A stretch of 64,000 nt of DNA from a virus, in IMG/VR virus record IMGVR_UViG_3300024239_000132, positions 1-64,000 of that record. One strand, written 5' to 3'. The notes below the pieces were generated by a model. The model worked only from the letters and a program-made list of their open reading frames with translations. It did not search any database and was not told where the DNA came from. A program made the translations under genes and the position numbers. This document shows, in pieces, positions 22,801 to 30,846 of the stretch. Positions within the stretch are counted from its first letter, which is position 1. Every line of letters begins with the position of its first letter.

Positions 22801-25800
22801 TACGTCGACCCGGCTTTCCATCTTGGAGAGGTAGCCTATCAACTCGATAAGGCTGCCAATGAGCTAGATGCTCGCAAGGCAGTGTTGGCCAAGGTCAACA
22901 TGTCGGTTGATCACATGGCATCGGCTGCTGCACCGTTCACCAAAAGTGATGGTGTAGGGCTGCCAGCTGATCCGACTGAGGCCGCCAAGGTCCTCAACGA
23001 GATGTATGCTGAGGAACTGGCCAAGGTTACTAAGAAGAAGCCCGAACCAAGGGCAGAAGTGTCCGAAGATATCTCCGCTGCTCTTGGTTCAATCGGTACG
23101 CTCCACTCCAGTGGTGCCAGAATCATTAGCCGGGACGCTATCCGACAAATTGTCGGTGAGCTCAACATCCCTCTGGATCAGCGGGGCCTGTTGCGTTCGT
23201 CGGTCAATGCTCTGGCAACCAAGGGCTGGACAGTGCTCCATGGCACGCCTGAGCAGCTCATCGAGTATGCCCGTGAGAATGGCCTTAAGGTTCCTTACGG
23301 CTTCAACGACAGCAACGGCATGGTCTTGCCAGCAGACAAGGTGATGTTCCTCACCTCTGCCAATAGCGAGACCATGACCCATGAATTCCTGCATGCTGCT
23401 ACCGTGCAGCTGATCCACGCCCACTACTCGGGCAATGGTCAGGTAGCCAAGGCAGTGCCTGATGCTGTTAAGCGTCTCGAACTGCTGATGGCAGACTTCC
23501 TGGCGATCGATCCAAGCACGATTGAAGATCAGGAAACTCGTGCAGAATTTAAATTTGTTAAAGAGCAGATCGACAAGTTCGATGAGAGCTCAATGAGCGA
23601 TGCCAATATCAAAACCGGCAAGCTCTCCGAGTTCATGGCTTGGACCCTTGCGAACCAGAAGCTGTCGGATCTCGCTCGCAAGACCAAGGTCAAGAGCAAA
23701 CTGGCTCTGATTGCTGACAAAGTTCTCGAGACGCTCAAGAAGCTATGGCGCCAGACTGGTCTGGCTCCCACCCCTCGAGATGATATCTACAGCAACGTCC
23801 GTTTCAACACTCTGTTGCTGATGGAGAACAAGCAGAAGTCGGTGCTGGATCCTGCATCGGTCACCAGCATGGCCCAGTTCCAGGCTCGCAACTACGGTGG
23901 CAGTGATCGGCTGATCGAGCTAGAGAAGTCGTTTGCTCGCAAGATGTTGGCTGCGCTTCCTACTGAACCAACACGACGATTCCGTATCGATCAGAAGTAT
24001 GAAGCGATGCACCGCATGGCTGGTCAGGTTCGCAAGACTTTCCAGTCCAATGGCTTTGCCATGAACCAGAAAGAAGCATCGTTCTTCGAGACCTTGGTCA
24101 TGGCTCTGGCCGTCGACAAGTCGCTCAACGCCAATGCTCAGTCTCGGGCTGAAGAAGTCTTCCGTGAGGTTCTGTCGAAGCTCAAGGTCGAAGATTTCAT
24201 GGAAGATCCTGATAGCCAGGATCAGTACGATCGTGATCAAGCGAACCTCAAGTTCAACACCGTGGTGGGCAATGCTTTCGTCGGACGGGATCTGTCTAGC
24301 CGTACCATGCTCATGCCTGCGTTCCTGGCTCTGGCAATGGTACATGAGCCCTTCCGCAATGCCCTTTCCAAGATGGATCTGCCCAAGTTTCAGAAGAGCT
24401 CTGAGGGCACTCTGGATGCATTGCTCAGTAACCTTGGCAATGAAGGTCTCGATCGCCTTGGCCGTACCCTCTCCGGTGAAGGCAAGTCGGATAATGTGCT
24501 CGATGCTGTCGAAGCCCTAACCCGCAAGCTGGCTGAGGTCCAGTCTGAGCGGGAAGCTGTTATCGAGACGCATATCGATGCCGTCGGCAATACGATCGAC
24601 AAGACGAATAACTTCGTGGTCGATCAGATGAATCGCTTGAGCCGTGAAGGGTACGATCGGCTTCAGGATGTTGTTGAAAACTCCGACAACAAGTATGCCC
24701 GGGGTGCAGCTCGTGCAGCAGCTGCCGTGGTGAGCTTCTTCAATGAGGACATCTCCGGCGCCAATGCCGAGTTCGCTCTGAAGCTGTCGGACAAGTCCAC
24801 TGTCTGGAAGCCTTTGCGTGAGCTTCTGGTGGAAGTGATCGGCCGTACTGACGAGAATGCTCCGATCTACGATATGATCAAGGCTGTCCGGTCCTACATC
24901 CAGCAGACCCGTCAGATCTATCGTGAGCGTCTGCCCAAGTTTCTGTCGGAGAAGTTTTCGAGGAAGCTCTCGAAGCAGGAATGGTCTGGCATGTACCATG
25001 TCATGGCCAAGACTGATCTGGCTGCCGTTGCTTCCCTTGGTTCAAAGCGTGTTCTGGATATGCTCCGGGATGCTGGCAAGCTGCGTCAGGAGACTGCTGC
25101 TCTGGAGCGTCAGATTGACAAGCTGGATTCGGTGCATTCGACCAAACTCAAGACTAAAGCCCGAGAGCTGGCTGAATACATGATGCTGCGTAAGGTAAGC
25201 AGCAATTTGCTGACCAATGCTGAAAGTGTGGCCAACCTTTATGGTGAGCTCACGGCTCAGCAGCGCAATAGCCGTGGTGTACCTAAGAAGGCTCTGATCC
25301 AGGCAGTCGATCAGCTGGCTACGCTGTACGCTCTGGATCTTAGCGGAGCCAAGAATCGTCAGGTTGTGGCTGAGCTTGCTGCCAAGGAAACCGGCGGCGT
25401 GGAGTTCATGTTGAATTACCTGAAGGGTCAGCGTCAGAATGAACAGGGCAAGGCTCGTAGTGGCCGGGCACAGGTCAACCACATCAAGGGCTACGTCCCG
25501 ACGGAAATCCGTTCAGGTGCAAGCCTGATTGTCGCTCCGGATTTGCAGCACAACGATCTGGCGGCTCGTGGTTATACCCGGGTTGCTCCTTACAAGGGCT
25601 CGGCTGCCGAGGGTCCTTCTGGTTCGCAGAGCTATTATTTTGCTCCGCTGTCTGCCCGGGCACAGTTCAATCAGGGCATTGCCCAGAACGTTCGCTCGAC
25701 CTTTTCTGGCGTTGATCCGGCATCGGGCTTCAGCATTGAAAATTATGGCCTTGGTCGAATTACGAACCAGGAAGCTGTTCGCAAGATCACTAGCCGCATT

Positions 25801-27234
25801 CGGATGAACCGCGGATCTGAGGCTCTCATACCCATTCGTGACGAGTTCGGTGATGTTGTGGCTTACGAACGCACGCTGGATCCTGCTCAGCTGGCCAAGC
25901 TGGAACGTGAAGAAGATCTGTCCAAAGTTTTGGGTATCTGGCGTGGTAGGCAGCTGGAAGAAGCTTCTGCTGACCAGTTCAATCAGATTCTGGTCGAGCG
26001 TCTTCACGATATGTGGGACAAGCGCTCGGTCGGTGACGAGGAAGCGTTCGTCGACTTGTTCGATCCCAAGTCCCACAAGGATCCGGTGGTAAGTGATGCC
26101 GTGAAGCTGTTCACTCCCCAGATGCGTCGACACATCGAGAACGCTTTTGGTGGTGAAGGCTTCATGGTTCGCAAGAGCATGATCAACGATGTCGTCGGGT
26201 ATCGCTCGGCTTCGATCGGTGATCTGTGGACTGGTGTGACGAGGGTACCGCCTGAGACTGCCAAGGTGGCTGCCAATGTACTGACCGCGGTAATGGGCAA
26301 GGATGCCTACAAGTACCTCGTTACTGGCGAGAAGCTATGGCAGAACTTTGTGTCTGATGCTCGTACTACGATCGTGGTTCGCTCGGTAATCGTTCCTGCC
26401 TCGAACATCATCAGCAACGTCTATCAGCTGGCTTCTCGAGGTGTACCGCTCAAGGATATTCTTCGTGGCATGCCCAAGAAGCTTGCTGAGATTCAGGCAT
26501 ATCACGAGAACCACCAGAAGGAGATCAAGCTGGAAGCAGAGCTCCTCTCGGTGCAGAATGATCCTACCAAGAGCCGCGCTCTGAAAGCTCAGATCCAGTC
26601 CCTCAAAGATGGACACCGGCGCCTGAGCATTTGGCCTCTGATTGCCGCCGGTGAGTTCTCGTCGGTTTCGGAAGCTACCGTGATGCGGGAAGAGTCGACG
26701 TTGTTTGAAGGCAAGGTGACCCAGTACATGGAGAGCCTGGTCGACAAGCTGCCTGACTTGGTTCGCACTGCTGGACGTTATGCGATTATCTCGCGGGATA
26801 CTGCCCTGTTCCAGGGTCTCCAGCGTGCTGTCGAGTACGGGGACTTCCTGGCCAAGGCAGTTCTCTATGATGATCTGACCAAGCGTCAGGGCTTGGATAA
26901 GGACAAGGCTCGAGCCAAGGTTAGTGAAGAGTTCGTGAACTACGATCGTCTGCCTGGCCGTTTCCGCGGTACCTTGGAAAATATGGGTCTGATCTGGTTC
27001 TGGCACTTCAAGCTTCGGGCCATCAAGATTGCCATGTCGACGCTCCGGAACAATCCGTTGCATTTCCTCATGGCAGCTGCTGTCCCGGCTCCTGACTTCT
27101 TCGGATCGGTGGGTCTGCCGGTTACGGATAACGCTCTGGCAGTGGCAGCTGAGGGCAAGCTGAACTATTCCATCGGACCATTGCAGGGCCTTCATGCCCA
27201 TGCACTTAATCCTTGGATGAATCTGTTGGGATAA
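16876..27234 (+). CDS. Virion-encapsidated RNA polymerase (N4 gp50-like)
   Basis: 3452 aa; T7-family motifs SSVGRMQM, LEADGVTDGP, RGIAKNPLTVTVYG, VFDG; no Cys seen in the translation, as in N4 vRNAP. Confidence 0.97.
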   Translation: MSGYTDFLKRFTVANVGPVPVQQPNADTFYKIAAARQNGTGQSNSDPVEQDLQSLSTSEIIAKYGPVGLTMVQQRAMGDARYTRDRYDPAGSTLTDTAMSVGKGFANSVGGLVNLGVGLVNDDAGAWTAEKLGDFNSWVQSKQSDGLNAHRRANKVTNEISFADNKAIYENERKSEGDFLASLRRIGRDAMSAVGNASSDGTILTDGIADAGGSLLSGGLISKGARVLGSKLVQGLLARGVLSEGAALKAADVGGRVSMPGTIGGMEAGGAYQQTVQQVMAMSHDDLVAGSPEYVKLLQEGWDPEDAQVELATSAGLTAAAIQFPVAAAAGTLVSKFEANPFKGAFSGLGIVKNGANEAIEEAVQSGFGQLAGNVGTRAFADQNQDLTDGVGEQAGLGALYGFGSAAAVQVPGSAASAAIAGTVAAAKGAKVLGNKAVDAFDKRLTSVKEGIDQLNPVSKDNINTAVEQTLTEAPAVAQQVQADVEAGTLTPEQGDAIKQRLDTLQQSIAFDPVEIEDRNLSPAVKSVIGSATNKFDALQKAAQLAGSKQVDVPSRIEAALYINDTLNKFGAQLIGDFTSAIDIVPDDHASLPKLREFEDVLINFQQNPELQQARQAAQQYVERMQAEALSEQAVATPKGQQAVRGVVSVAESNPESVSEDLANLVLEHARMGRVKLTPQQTRVLTNAAVLSKTGNTYKLEAKKRELKPTDIVRAQVLTDEMKATPEAKGEALSLAQHVRGINDAYRASNLELAAQRLKRLSDFAQHFQNKVAALNTAYETGANSDRNAVEFEGLSLKGAWGAKGRAWISPTKVGSIKLAQSVALEAKALADMANGMAQSMPELGIGPVTPVELNPDLVGPSTKVAQRFQNAPEKAPTKLIELEETAKVEPAQAEPSKAQTESVAPKAEVTENVTPSPTKTVEAEPVDKPVDEVSTEPVETSPAVEPVEAPESSDRASDQESTKAETQTEEAKADPEQEAKPVTVEQAYPNLFETEKVKNWFRRAYKFPKEVRSRLVGKDSPLSFINEAVQSNDTYSKLLEGKSTKTLTADVAKAYADFLAVGSDVFVEMDKSLEKFLDSAQNKKEGTTFRDALTNGLSLDSGNQVNGFPRGKALNIVEQNEDGSFSYNEQLAEAAILAGLQWMVTAKDRMRELDAEEIAKITGLTEAEATEHVNFFNDGLWRVAAKRDLANLITRYWGVQGNREAPEGYVRGIAEGVASEVLRGLQASGMLIEDGRKIDGKDHVLFRFTDEAQDHFDRIAAFPSAIEEAVLVEPENVNYIGSAPGEVATNQLHGSPVPLLDQQKQALEAAQNTPFTLNLNMLSFLEMLGEEGVLALFGKGDPTGRGLLKKTAETIKGYNQTVLSGYKHLTNLVREMDNVADTTGTKVEELPVFFRYGISSVGRMQMQGRASPQASKLVREVLLPTWSTLDLSQVGSEQHNAFLLAVGQHIGVKVHKLKPGQAIEKTMDELGTKYAGIVEMMSQWLATEGAETWGQAEIDRIKSVLGNKVAPGAVHALMEYARYLNDLDGRKALRTGLYLEADGVTDGPVNALMNLVAGKFTPGWLDLMNRGGMYLGSNPVSLADYVTRSKDSSEDLYQKTTNFLYEHLSSLWDKLSSSSRASEMSNMMGDLFIDLLPDVRVEDGQVKFERGIAKNPLTVTVYGSGVRGIASKLTAGLLEELYDRLSTGEQLLPQTERALRVLTTTKLTRKFGKYNAVRVEGINLNTGSGVDFELTKDMIKILEDNVMQLFARPLTGAVREIMDDALETATTLRMATQAQSIFFKYAYRQAIADAIANKDGSDGTLGSDFLSQAELDQIFKDLQKKFPMINTGTQMIWVGGSAEADIEQAEFGGALDGSLRSPGYTYGPENSGVSGIPFIVISTGDGQMILNALTGEQAPQGTLPVFDGINMKLDTIKSDSEQINKAVYDGWAKNPVRAVQQSFARFMANLDTSNVSDEMNAELEQAFRDGPDFTYVDPAFHLGEVAYQLDKAANELDARKAVLAKVNMSVDHMASAAAPFTKSDGVGLPADPTEAAKVLNEMYAEELAKVTKKKPEPRAEVSEDISAALGSIGTLHSSGARIISRDAIRQIVGELNIPLDQRGLLRSSVNALATKGWTVLHGTPEQLIEYARENGLKVPYGFNDSNGMVLPADKVMFLTSANSETMTHEFLHAATVQLIHAHYSGNGQVAKAVPDAVKRLELLMADFLAIDPSTIEDQETRAEFKFVKEQIDKFDESSMSDANIKTGKLSEFMAWTLANQKLSDLARKTKVKSKLALIADKVLETLKKLWRQTGLAPTPRDDIYSNVRFNTLLLMENKQKSVLDPASVTSMAQFQARNYGGSDRLIELEKSFARKMLAALPTEPTRRFRIDQKYEAMHRMAGQVRKTFQSNGFAMNQKEASFFETLVMALAVDKSLNANAQSRAEEVFREVLSKLKVEDFMEDPDSQDQYDRDQANLKFNTVVGNAFVGRDLSSRTMLMPAFLALAMVHEPFRNALSKMDLPKFQKSSEGTLDALLSNLGNEGLDRLGRTLSGEGKSDNVLDAVEALTRKLAEVQSEREAVIETHIDAVGNTIDKTNNFVVDQMNRLSREGYDRLQDVVENSDNKYARGAARAAAAVVSFFNEDISGANAEFALKLSDKSTVWKPLRELLVEVIGRTDENAPIYDMIKAVRSYIQQTRQIYRERLPKFLSEKFSRKLSKQEWSGMYHVMAKTDLAAVASLGSKRVLDMLRDAGKLRQETAALERQIDKLDSVHSTKLKTKARELAEYMMLRKVSSNLLTNAESVANLYGELTAQQRNSRGVPKKALIQAVDQLATLYALDLSGAKNRQVVAELAAKETGGVEFMLNYLKGQRQNEQGKARSGRAQVNHIKGYVPTEIRSGASLIVAPDLQHNDLAARGYTRVAPYKGSAAEGPSGSQSYYFAPLSARAQFNQGIAQNVRSTFSGVDPASGFSIENYGLGRITNQEAVRKITSRIRMNRGSEALIPIRDEFGDVVAYERTLDPAQLAKLEREEDLSKVLGIWRGRQLEEASADQFNQILVERLHDMWDKRSVGDEEAFVDLFDPKSHKDPVVSDAVKLFTPQMRRHIENAFGGEGFMVRKSMINDVVGYRSASIGDLWTGVTRVPPETAKVAANVLTAVMGKDAYKYLVTGEKLWQNFVSDARTTIVVRSVIVPASNIISNVYQLASRGVPLKDILRGMPKKLAEIQAYHENHQKEIKLEAELLSVQNDPTKSRALKAQIQSLKDGHRRLSIWPLIAAGEFSSVSEATVMREESTLFEGKVTQYMESLVDKLPDLVRTAGRYAIISRDTALFQGLQRAVEYGDFLAKAVLYDDLTKRQGLDKDKARAKVSEEFVNYDRLPGRFRGTLENMGLIWFWHFKLRAIKIAMSTLRNNPLHFLMAAAVPAPDFFGSVGLPVTDNALAVAAEGKLNYSIGPLQGLHAHALNPWMNLLG

Positions 27235-27272
27235 TAAAAAAGACCCCTACCAGGGCAAGTGGTAGGGGTCTT
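27235..27272 (-). terminator. Terminator at the late/middle convergence
   Basis: AAGACCCCTACC...GGTAGGGGTCTT preceded by an A-run on + (U-tail on -). Confidence 0.8.
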
Positions 27273-27285
27273 CGTTCCTCTTGAC

Positions 27286-27443
27286 GGCGGGGCCCGACTC
27301 ATCTGGCAGGGAGCTTTCCTGACCGGAGCTTTCCGAGCAAGTCGATTACCGGCTACTTGACTTGCAAGTTTGATCCCGTCTCGTGGGATCAGGCCGCTGG
27401 TTCCTCCACATTCGGATGCCGTTGCAGGGACCAGAAACCCGCC
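27286..27443. ncRNA. Candidate multi-stem structured RNA
   Basis: Closing stem GGCGGG/CCCGCC plus four internal hairpins; no credible ORF. Confidence 0.45.
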
Positions 27444-27449
27444 CAGCAT

Positions 27450-27614
27450 TCAGTCTGGCTGTTTATCCATCCAGTGCATCAGCCATTTGCCAATGAGCCA
27501 GAGCACAATGATGGCAGCCAAATAAGGTGCTGCGAATGCAATAGCGGCTCCCAGTAGGGATACCGTGGCAAGAGCCAGGATCCCTACCAGAAGGATCCTG
27601 GCCAGGTATATCAC
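27450..27614 (-). CDS. Small 2-TM membrane protein (54 aa; not in ORF track)
   Basis: GTG start overlapping upstream stop; VIYLARILLVGILALATVSLLGAAIAFAAPYLAAIIVLWLIGKWLMHWMDKQPD. Confidence 0.7.
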   Translation of the reverse strand: MIYLARILLVGILALATVSLLGAAIAFAAPYLAAIIVLWLIGKWLMHWMDKQPD

Positions 27615-28138
27615 GCCGCTTCAGGCTTCGCATTTACCGGCTTGCTGAGACCACCGAAGATCTTCTTCACAGCCGGCTTGGGATCGGCATCGAACGGAAC
27701 ATTGTCCTGTCCTTCAGCTGCCTGCACTTCCGGTTCCTTGACCGAATCAGCCTTCTTGCCGAAGACTGCACGCAGAGGCTTGGTTGCCGGAGCTTCTTCA
27801 GCAACAGGCTCATCTGCTACTGGTTCAGCCTCAGGCTCTGTCTCTGCCACTTCGACGACAGGCTCCTCGACCTTAACTTCAGCTTTGGGGGCTTCTGCCT
27901 TGGTCTCGGTCTTCTCAGCCTTGATGGCTGCCTTCACTTCCGCCTTGCTGACTTCCTCAGGCTTACCGCCCTTGGGTCCATCTTGCGGAGTGATGTCGAT
28001 GACAGCCGTAAAGCCTTCGGTGCCACGGGTGGCCTTGAGATCGATATCGACCCGCATATTTTCCCGCACTGCAATGAGTGCAAGAACGTGGTTGCGGATA
28101 GCCGTTTCGATCTCGGTCTGAGTGATGGTGATCTGCAT
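27611..28138 (-). CDS. Conserved N4-like hypothetical protein
   Basis: MQITITQTEIETAI N-terminus with A/E/P/K-rich tail. Confidence 0.75.
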   Translation of the reverse strand: MQITITQTEIETAIRNHVLALIAVRENMRVDIDLKATRGTEGFTAVIDITPQDGPKGGKPEEVSKAEVKAAIKAEKTETKAEAPKAEVKVEEPVVEVAETEPEAEPVADEPVAEEAPATKPLRAVFGKKADSVKEPEVQAAEGQDNVPFDADPKPAVKKIFGGLSKPVNAKPEAA

Positions 28139-28141
28139 CTG

Positions 28142-28699
28142 CTAAATCCCTGTAAAGAGTCTCATGAGGTTCTGGAACATTGGCGTCCTTACCCCAGCAT
28201 GGATTGCTCCTATGGCATCTGCCATATGTTCTGCCTTCTCGGCACTGAGCTTTCCATGATGGTATGGAAAGTTTGCCTCCGGATACCAGGACATTGCACT
28301 CTGAATCATTTGGTTCTTTGTGGCACTCTTGGTTCCTGCCAATGCGAGTTTGACCTCGATCGGTGTCACCTCGATCAGAGGAATTCCCTCTGATCTTATT
28401 ACCCCCAATATACCAACACACATGCCATAGCTAGCCATTGCACGCGCAGATTGAGATCCAACCGGCACTTCGACAAAAACTACCTTAGCTTTCCTGGCCT
28501 CTTCCAGAGCAATCTTGGACAATTGCTCCGCTTGCTCGAGGTCCTTGGAATTCTGTCTGACCTGTTTTGAAACAGTCTTGACCGGAGTGACGGTCTGTAA
28601 ATGCGGTGTGTCAAGCACCCCCGCAGTCAGATCAAGAATTCCTGAGGCGATGCCCCAGTTGGACATGCTCGGATCCATTCCGACTACGGGGATACGCAT
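28142..28699 (-). CDS. RuvC-like Holliday junction resolvase
   Basis: VGMDPSMSNWG, VFVEVP, EHMADAIGA acidic motifs. Confidence 0.85.
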   Translation of the reverse strand: MRIPVVGMDPSMSNWGIASGILDLTAGVLDTPHLQTVTPVKTVSKQVRQNSKDLEQAEQLSKIALEEARKAKVVFVEVPVGSQSARAMASYGMCVGILGVIRSEGIPLIEVTPIEVKLALAGTKSATKNQMIQSAMSWYPEANFPYHHGKLSAEKAEHMADAIGAIHAGVRTPMFQNLMRLFTGI

Positions 28700-28715
28700 G
28701 AGACTCTACGCTCCC

Positions 28716-29471
28716 TTAGGCCGCGTTCTTGTTGCCGAAGAGACGCTTGGTCTCGGGCTTGGCGCCAGCCTGTGGAGCTGCACCCGAACCAGGACGGCCG
28801 GACTTGCCTGCCTGATTGTCATTCTTGGCAGTCTTGTCACGGGTCTGGCCCTTGTTGCGTTCGGTCCAGGCATCGATGAACACGCCGGTCTCGAGACCCT
28901 TACGGGCTTCTGCGACAGTCAGCTTCGAGTCGAGGTCATAGACCTTCTCGATGGTGTTCTCGTCACGGGTCTTGCCCGTCGGGATGTAGTTGCCGGCATC
29001 GTCCTTCTTGCTGACGTCGACGGTCGACTTGACGATGGCCACACCGACTTCCTTGCCGATGAGCTCGACGAGAACATGGGCTGCCTTGGGCAGTTCCTTC
29101 TTCTCTTCGTAATCCCACTGCTTGACGAGCTTTTCCTCGGTGGGCTGGTTCTCGAGCGATTCCCCAGTTGCCACGAGGCAGAGGTCATCGATCGTGGTGA
29201 AGCCTGGCAGAGGGACTTTCTTGGTCTTGTCTTCCTTGTTCAGGAAGTAGTTCTCACCCTTCTTGTTGGTGATGTAGATCGTCTCGCTGTAGTCAGCGCC
29301 ATTGATCTTGCCCTGAACGGTCACGTTGCGAGCACCGCCTGCCGACTGGCCGGCATATGCCATGGTGATCTTCATGGTATAAACGTCGGTATCCAGTGCC
29401 GGAGTGCCGCCGCCCAGACGATCTTCCGATTCCTCGAGACCGTCGCTGTTCAGATTTTTGAAAATGCTCAT
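28716..29471 (-). CDS. ssDNA-binding protein (N4 gp45-like)
   Basis: LEESEDRLGGG..ETIYITNKKGENY..LPGFTTIDDLCL; synteny. Confidence 0.85.
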   Translation of the reverse strand: MSIFKNLNSDGLEESEDRLGGGTPALDTDVYTMKITMAYAGQSAGGARNVTVQGKINGADYSETIYITNKKGENYFLNKEDKTKKVPLPGFTTIDDLCLVATGESLENQPTEEKLVKQWDYEEKKELPKAAHVLVELIGKEVGVAIVKSTVDVSKKDDAGNYIPTGKTRDENTIEKVYDLDSKLTVAEARKGLETGVFIDAWTERNKGQTRDKTAKNDNQAGKSGRPGSGAAPQAGAKPETKRLFGNKNAA

Positions 29472-29557
29472 TGTACTCTTTGTCTTTCTTTTTGTGCTGT
29501 CTTGACGATCAGTTGCCGTAGAAGGCAGCGAGGTGATCCAGCAGAAGCTGGACATCG

Positions 29558-30016
29558 TTATGCGGCGCGATAAATTCTGTTTATCGTTGAGATACTCACA
29601 CCATACTCGGATGCAAGATATCGCGTCTTTTCACCGCTCTGTTTCCGGCGAATTATTTCGTCTGCTTGTGCAGTTGTGATTTTCAGTTTGCAAGTGATCC
29701 TGCCACTGGATCTTCCAACAACAGCAATCATGTTTGCACGCCGAGTTACCACTAAGCATGTATCAGGCGAGTAAAGCTTGCTGCCAGGGACCTTGATGTC
29801 CTTGTCAACTTGCATTCCCGGCTTCCACCCCTGGGCTAAGCACCAGTTGATGTAGGCTACGGGATCTTCTCGCCATTCATCACAGACGGTGACACCTTTG
29901 GCGCCGTACCAAGGGTATCGGCTATCGCTGGGCACATGGCACCTACGCACCATGTCCTGCCAGCGGCTGTACAGGGGATGCTTTGACATCCCATGTTCAA
30001 CTCGTTGCTTACGCAC
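29558..30016 (-). CDS. HNH-type homing endonuclease with C-terminal HTH
   Basis: LYSRWQDMVRRC..YGAKGVTVCDEW..VDKD..YSPDTCLVVTRRAN; LASEYGVSISTINRI. Confidence 0.8.
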   Translation of the reverse strand: MRKQRVEHGMSKHPLYSRWQDMVRRCHVPSDSRYPWYGAKGVTVCDEWREDPVAYINWCLAQGWKPGMQVDKDIKVPGSKLYSPDTCLVVTRRANMIAVVGRSSGRITCKLKITTAQADEIIRRKQSGEKTRYLASEYGVSISTINRIYRAA

Positions 30017-30755
30017 GGTAGAACTCGGTCAAGTGATCGAGCAGCAGCTGTACGCAGTTGTCCATGTAGGTCTGGCTCTTGGAGAACATTCCCATCGGAG
30101 AACGAATACGGGTTCCGATTGTCTTTTCAGTCAACCGGGTCTGGAAGACGTACTTGAACCCAAGATCCTGCTCATCTTCGGAGACATGAAGCAGTGTTTC
30201 GTCGTACTTGGGCAGATCTTTTACAGGGATCTTCGTAGCTTCCACCACGGTGGAGAAGTAAGCTTCCACACCCTGGTTCTTGAGGGCACCCTTGATAGGT
30301 ACCGAACGCTTCATTTCCATGGCTTTTTCATCATACACATCGAGAACGTGTGCAATGATGACCACAGGCTTGCCGAACTTGACCAGCTTGACCTGGATCA
30401 GTTCTTTCCAGAACTGGGCGTAGTTGCTCCAGCCCTTCATGGTGTCAGCAGTGCCGAGAACGTACTGGCTCTCGAACATGTCCATCATGAAGGTCGAGCT
30501 ATCGATGATGATGCCATCGAGATCATCTCGGTTCTCGATGGCTTGGTCCACGTACTCATGAACTTGCCATGGGTCGGTGATCCGAACATTCATGAAGCTG
30601 TTCCGGAAAGGCAGACGCTTGCCTGCCTCAGTATTGATGTAGAGCCAGCGATCCTGGTTCCGGATGTTGCGGAGCGATGCCGACTTACCTGCACCTGATA
30701 CTCCGCCAACCAGTACCAGCTGATCGTTGACTTCAATGTCCTGTTCGTCGCTCAT
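30009..30755 (-). CDS. Sak4-like AAA ATPase (N4 gp44-like)
   Basis: Walker A GVSGAGKS; IIIDS; IRSPMGMF. Confidence 0.85.
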   Translation of the reverse strand: MSDEQDIEVNDQLVLVGGVSGAGKSASLRNIRNQDRWLYINTEAGKRLPFRNSFMNVRITDPWQVHEYVDQAIENRDDLDGIIIDSSTFMMDMFESQYVLGTADTMKGWSNYAQFWKELIQVKLVKFGKPVVIIAHVLDVYDEKAMEMKRSVPIKGALKNQGVEAYFSTVVEATKIPVKDLPKYDETLLHVSEDEQDLGFKYVFQTRLTEKTIGTRIRSPMGMFSKSQTYMDNCVQLLLDHLTEFYRA

Positions 30756-30846
30756 GGCGATTGTAATTCCTTAATTTGCGACAGCTTCGGCCAGCATTCC
30801 TGAACCCCAAGAAAGGGCTGACCGAAGCTGTTGCGGGGGTGACCGG

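Noticed and set aside
27192-27449. 85-aa minus-strand ORF
   Set aside because: Runs through a terminator into the vRNAP gene, has no SD and atypical composition
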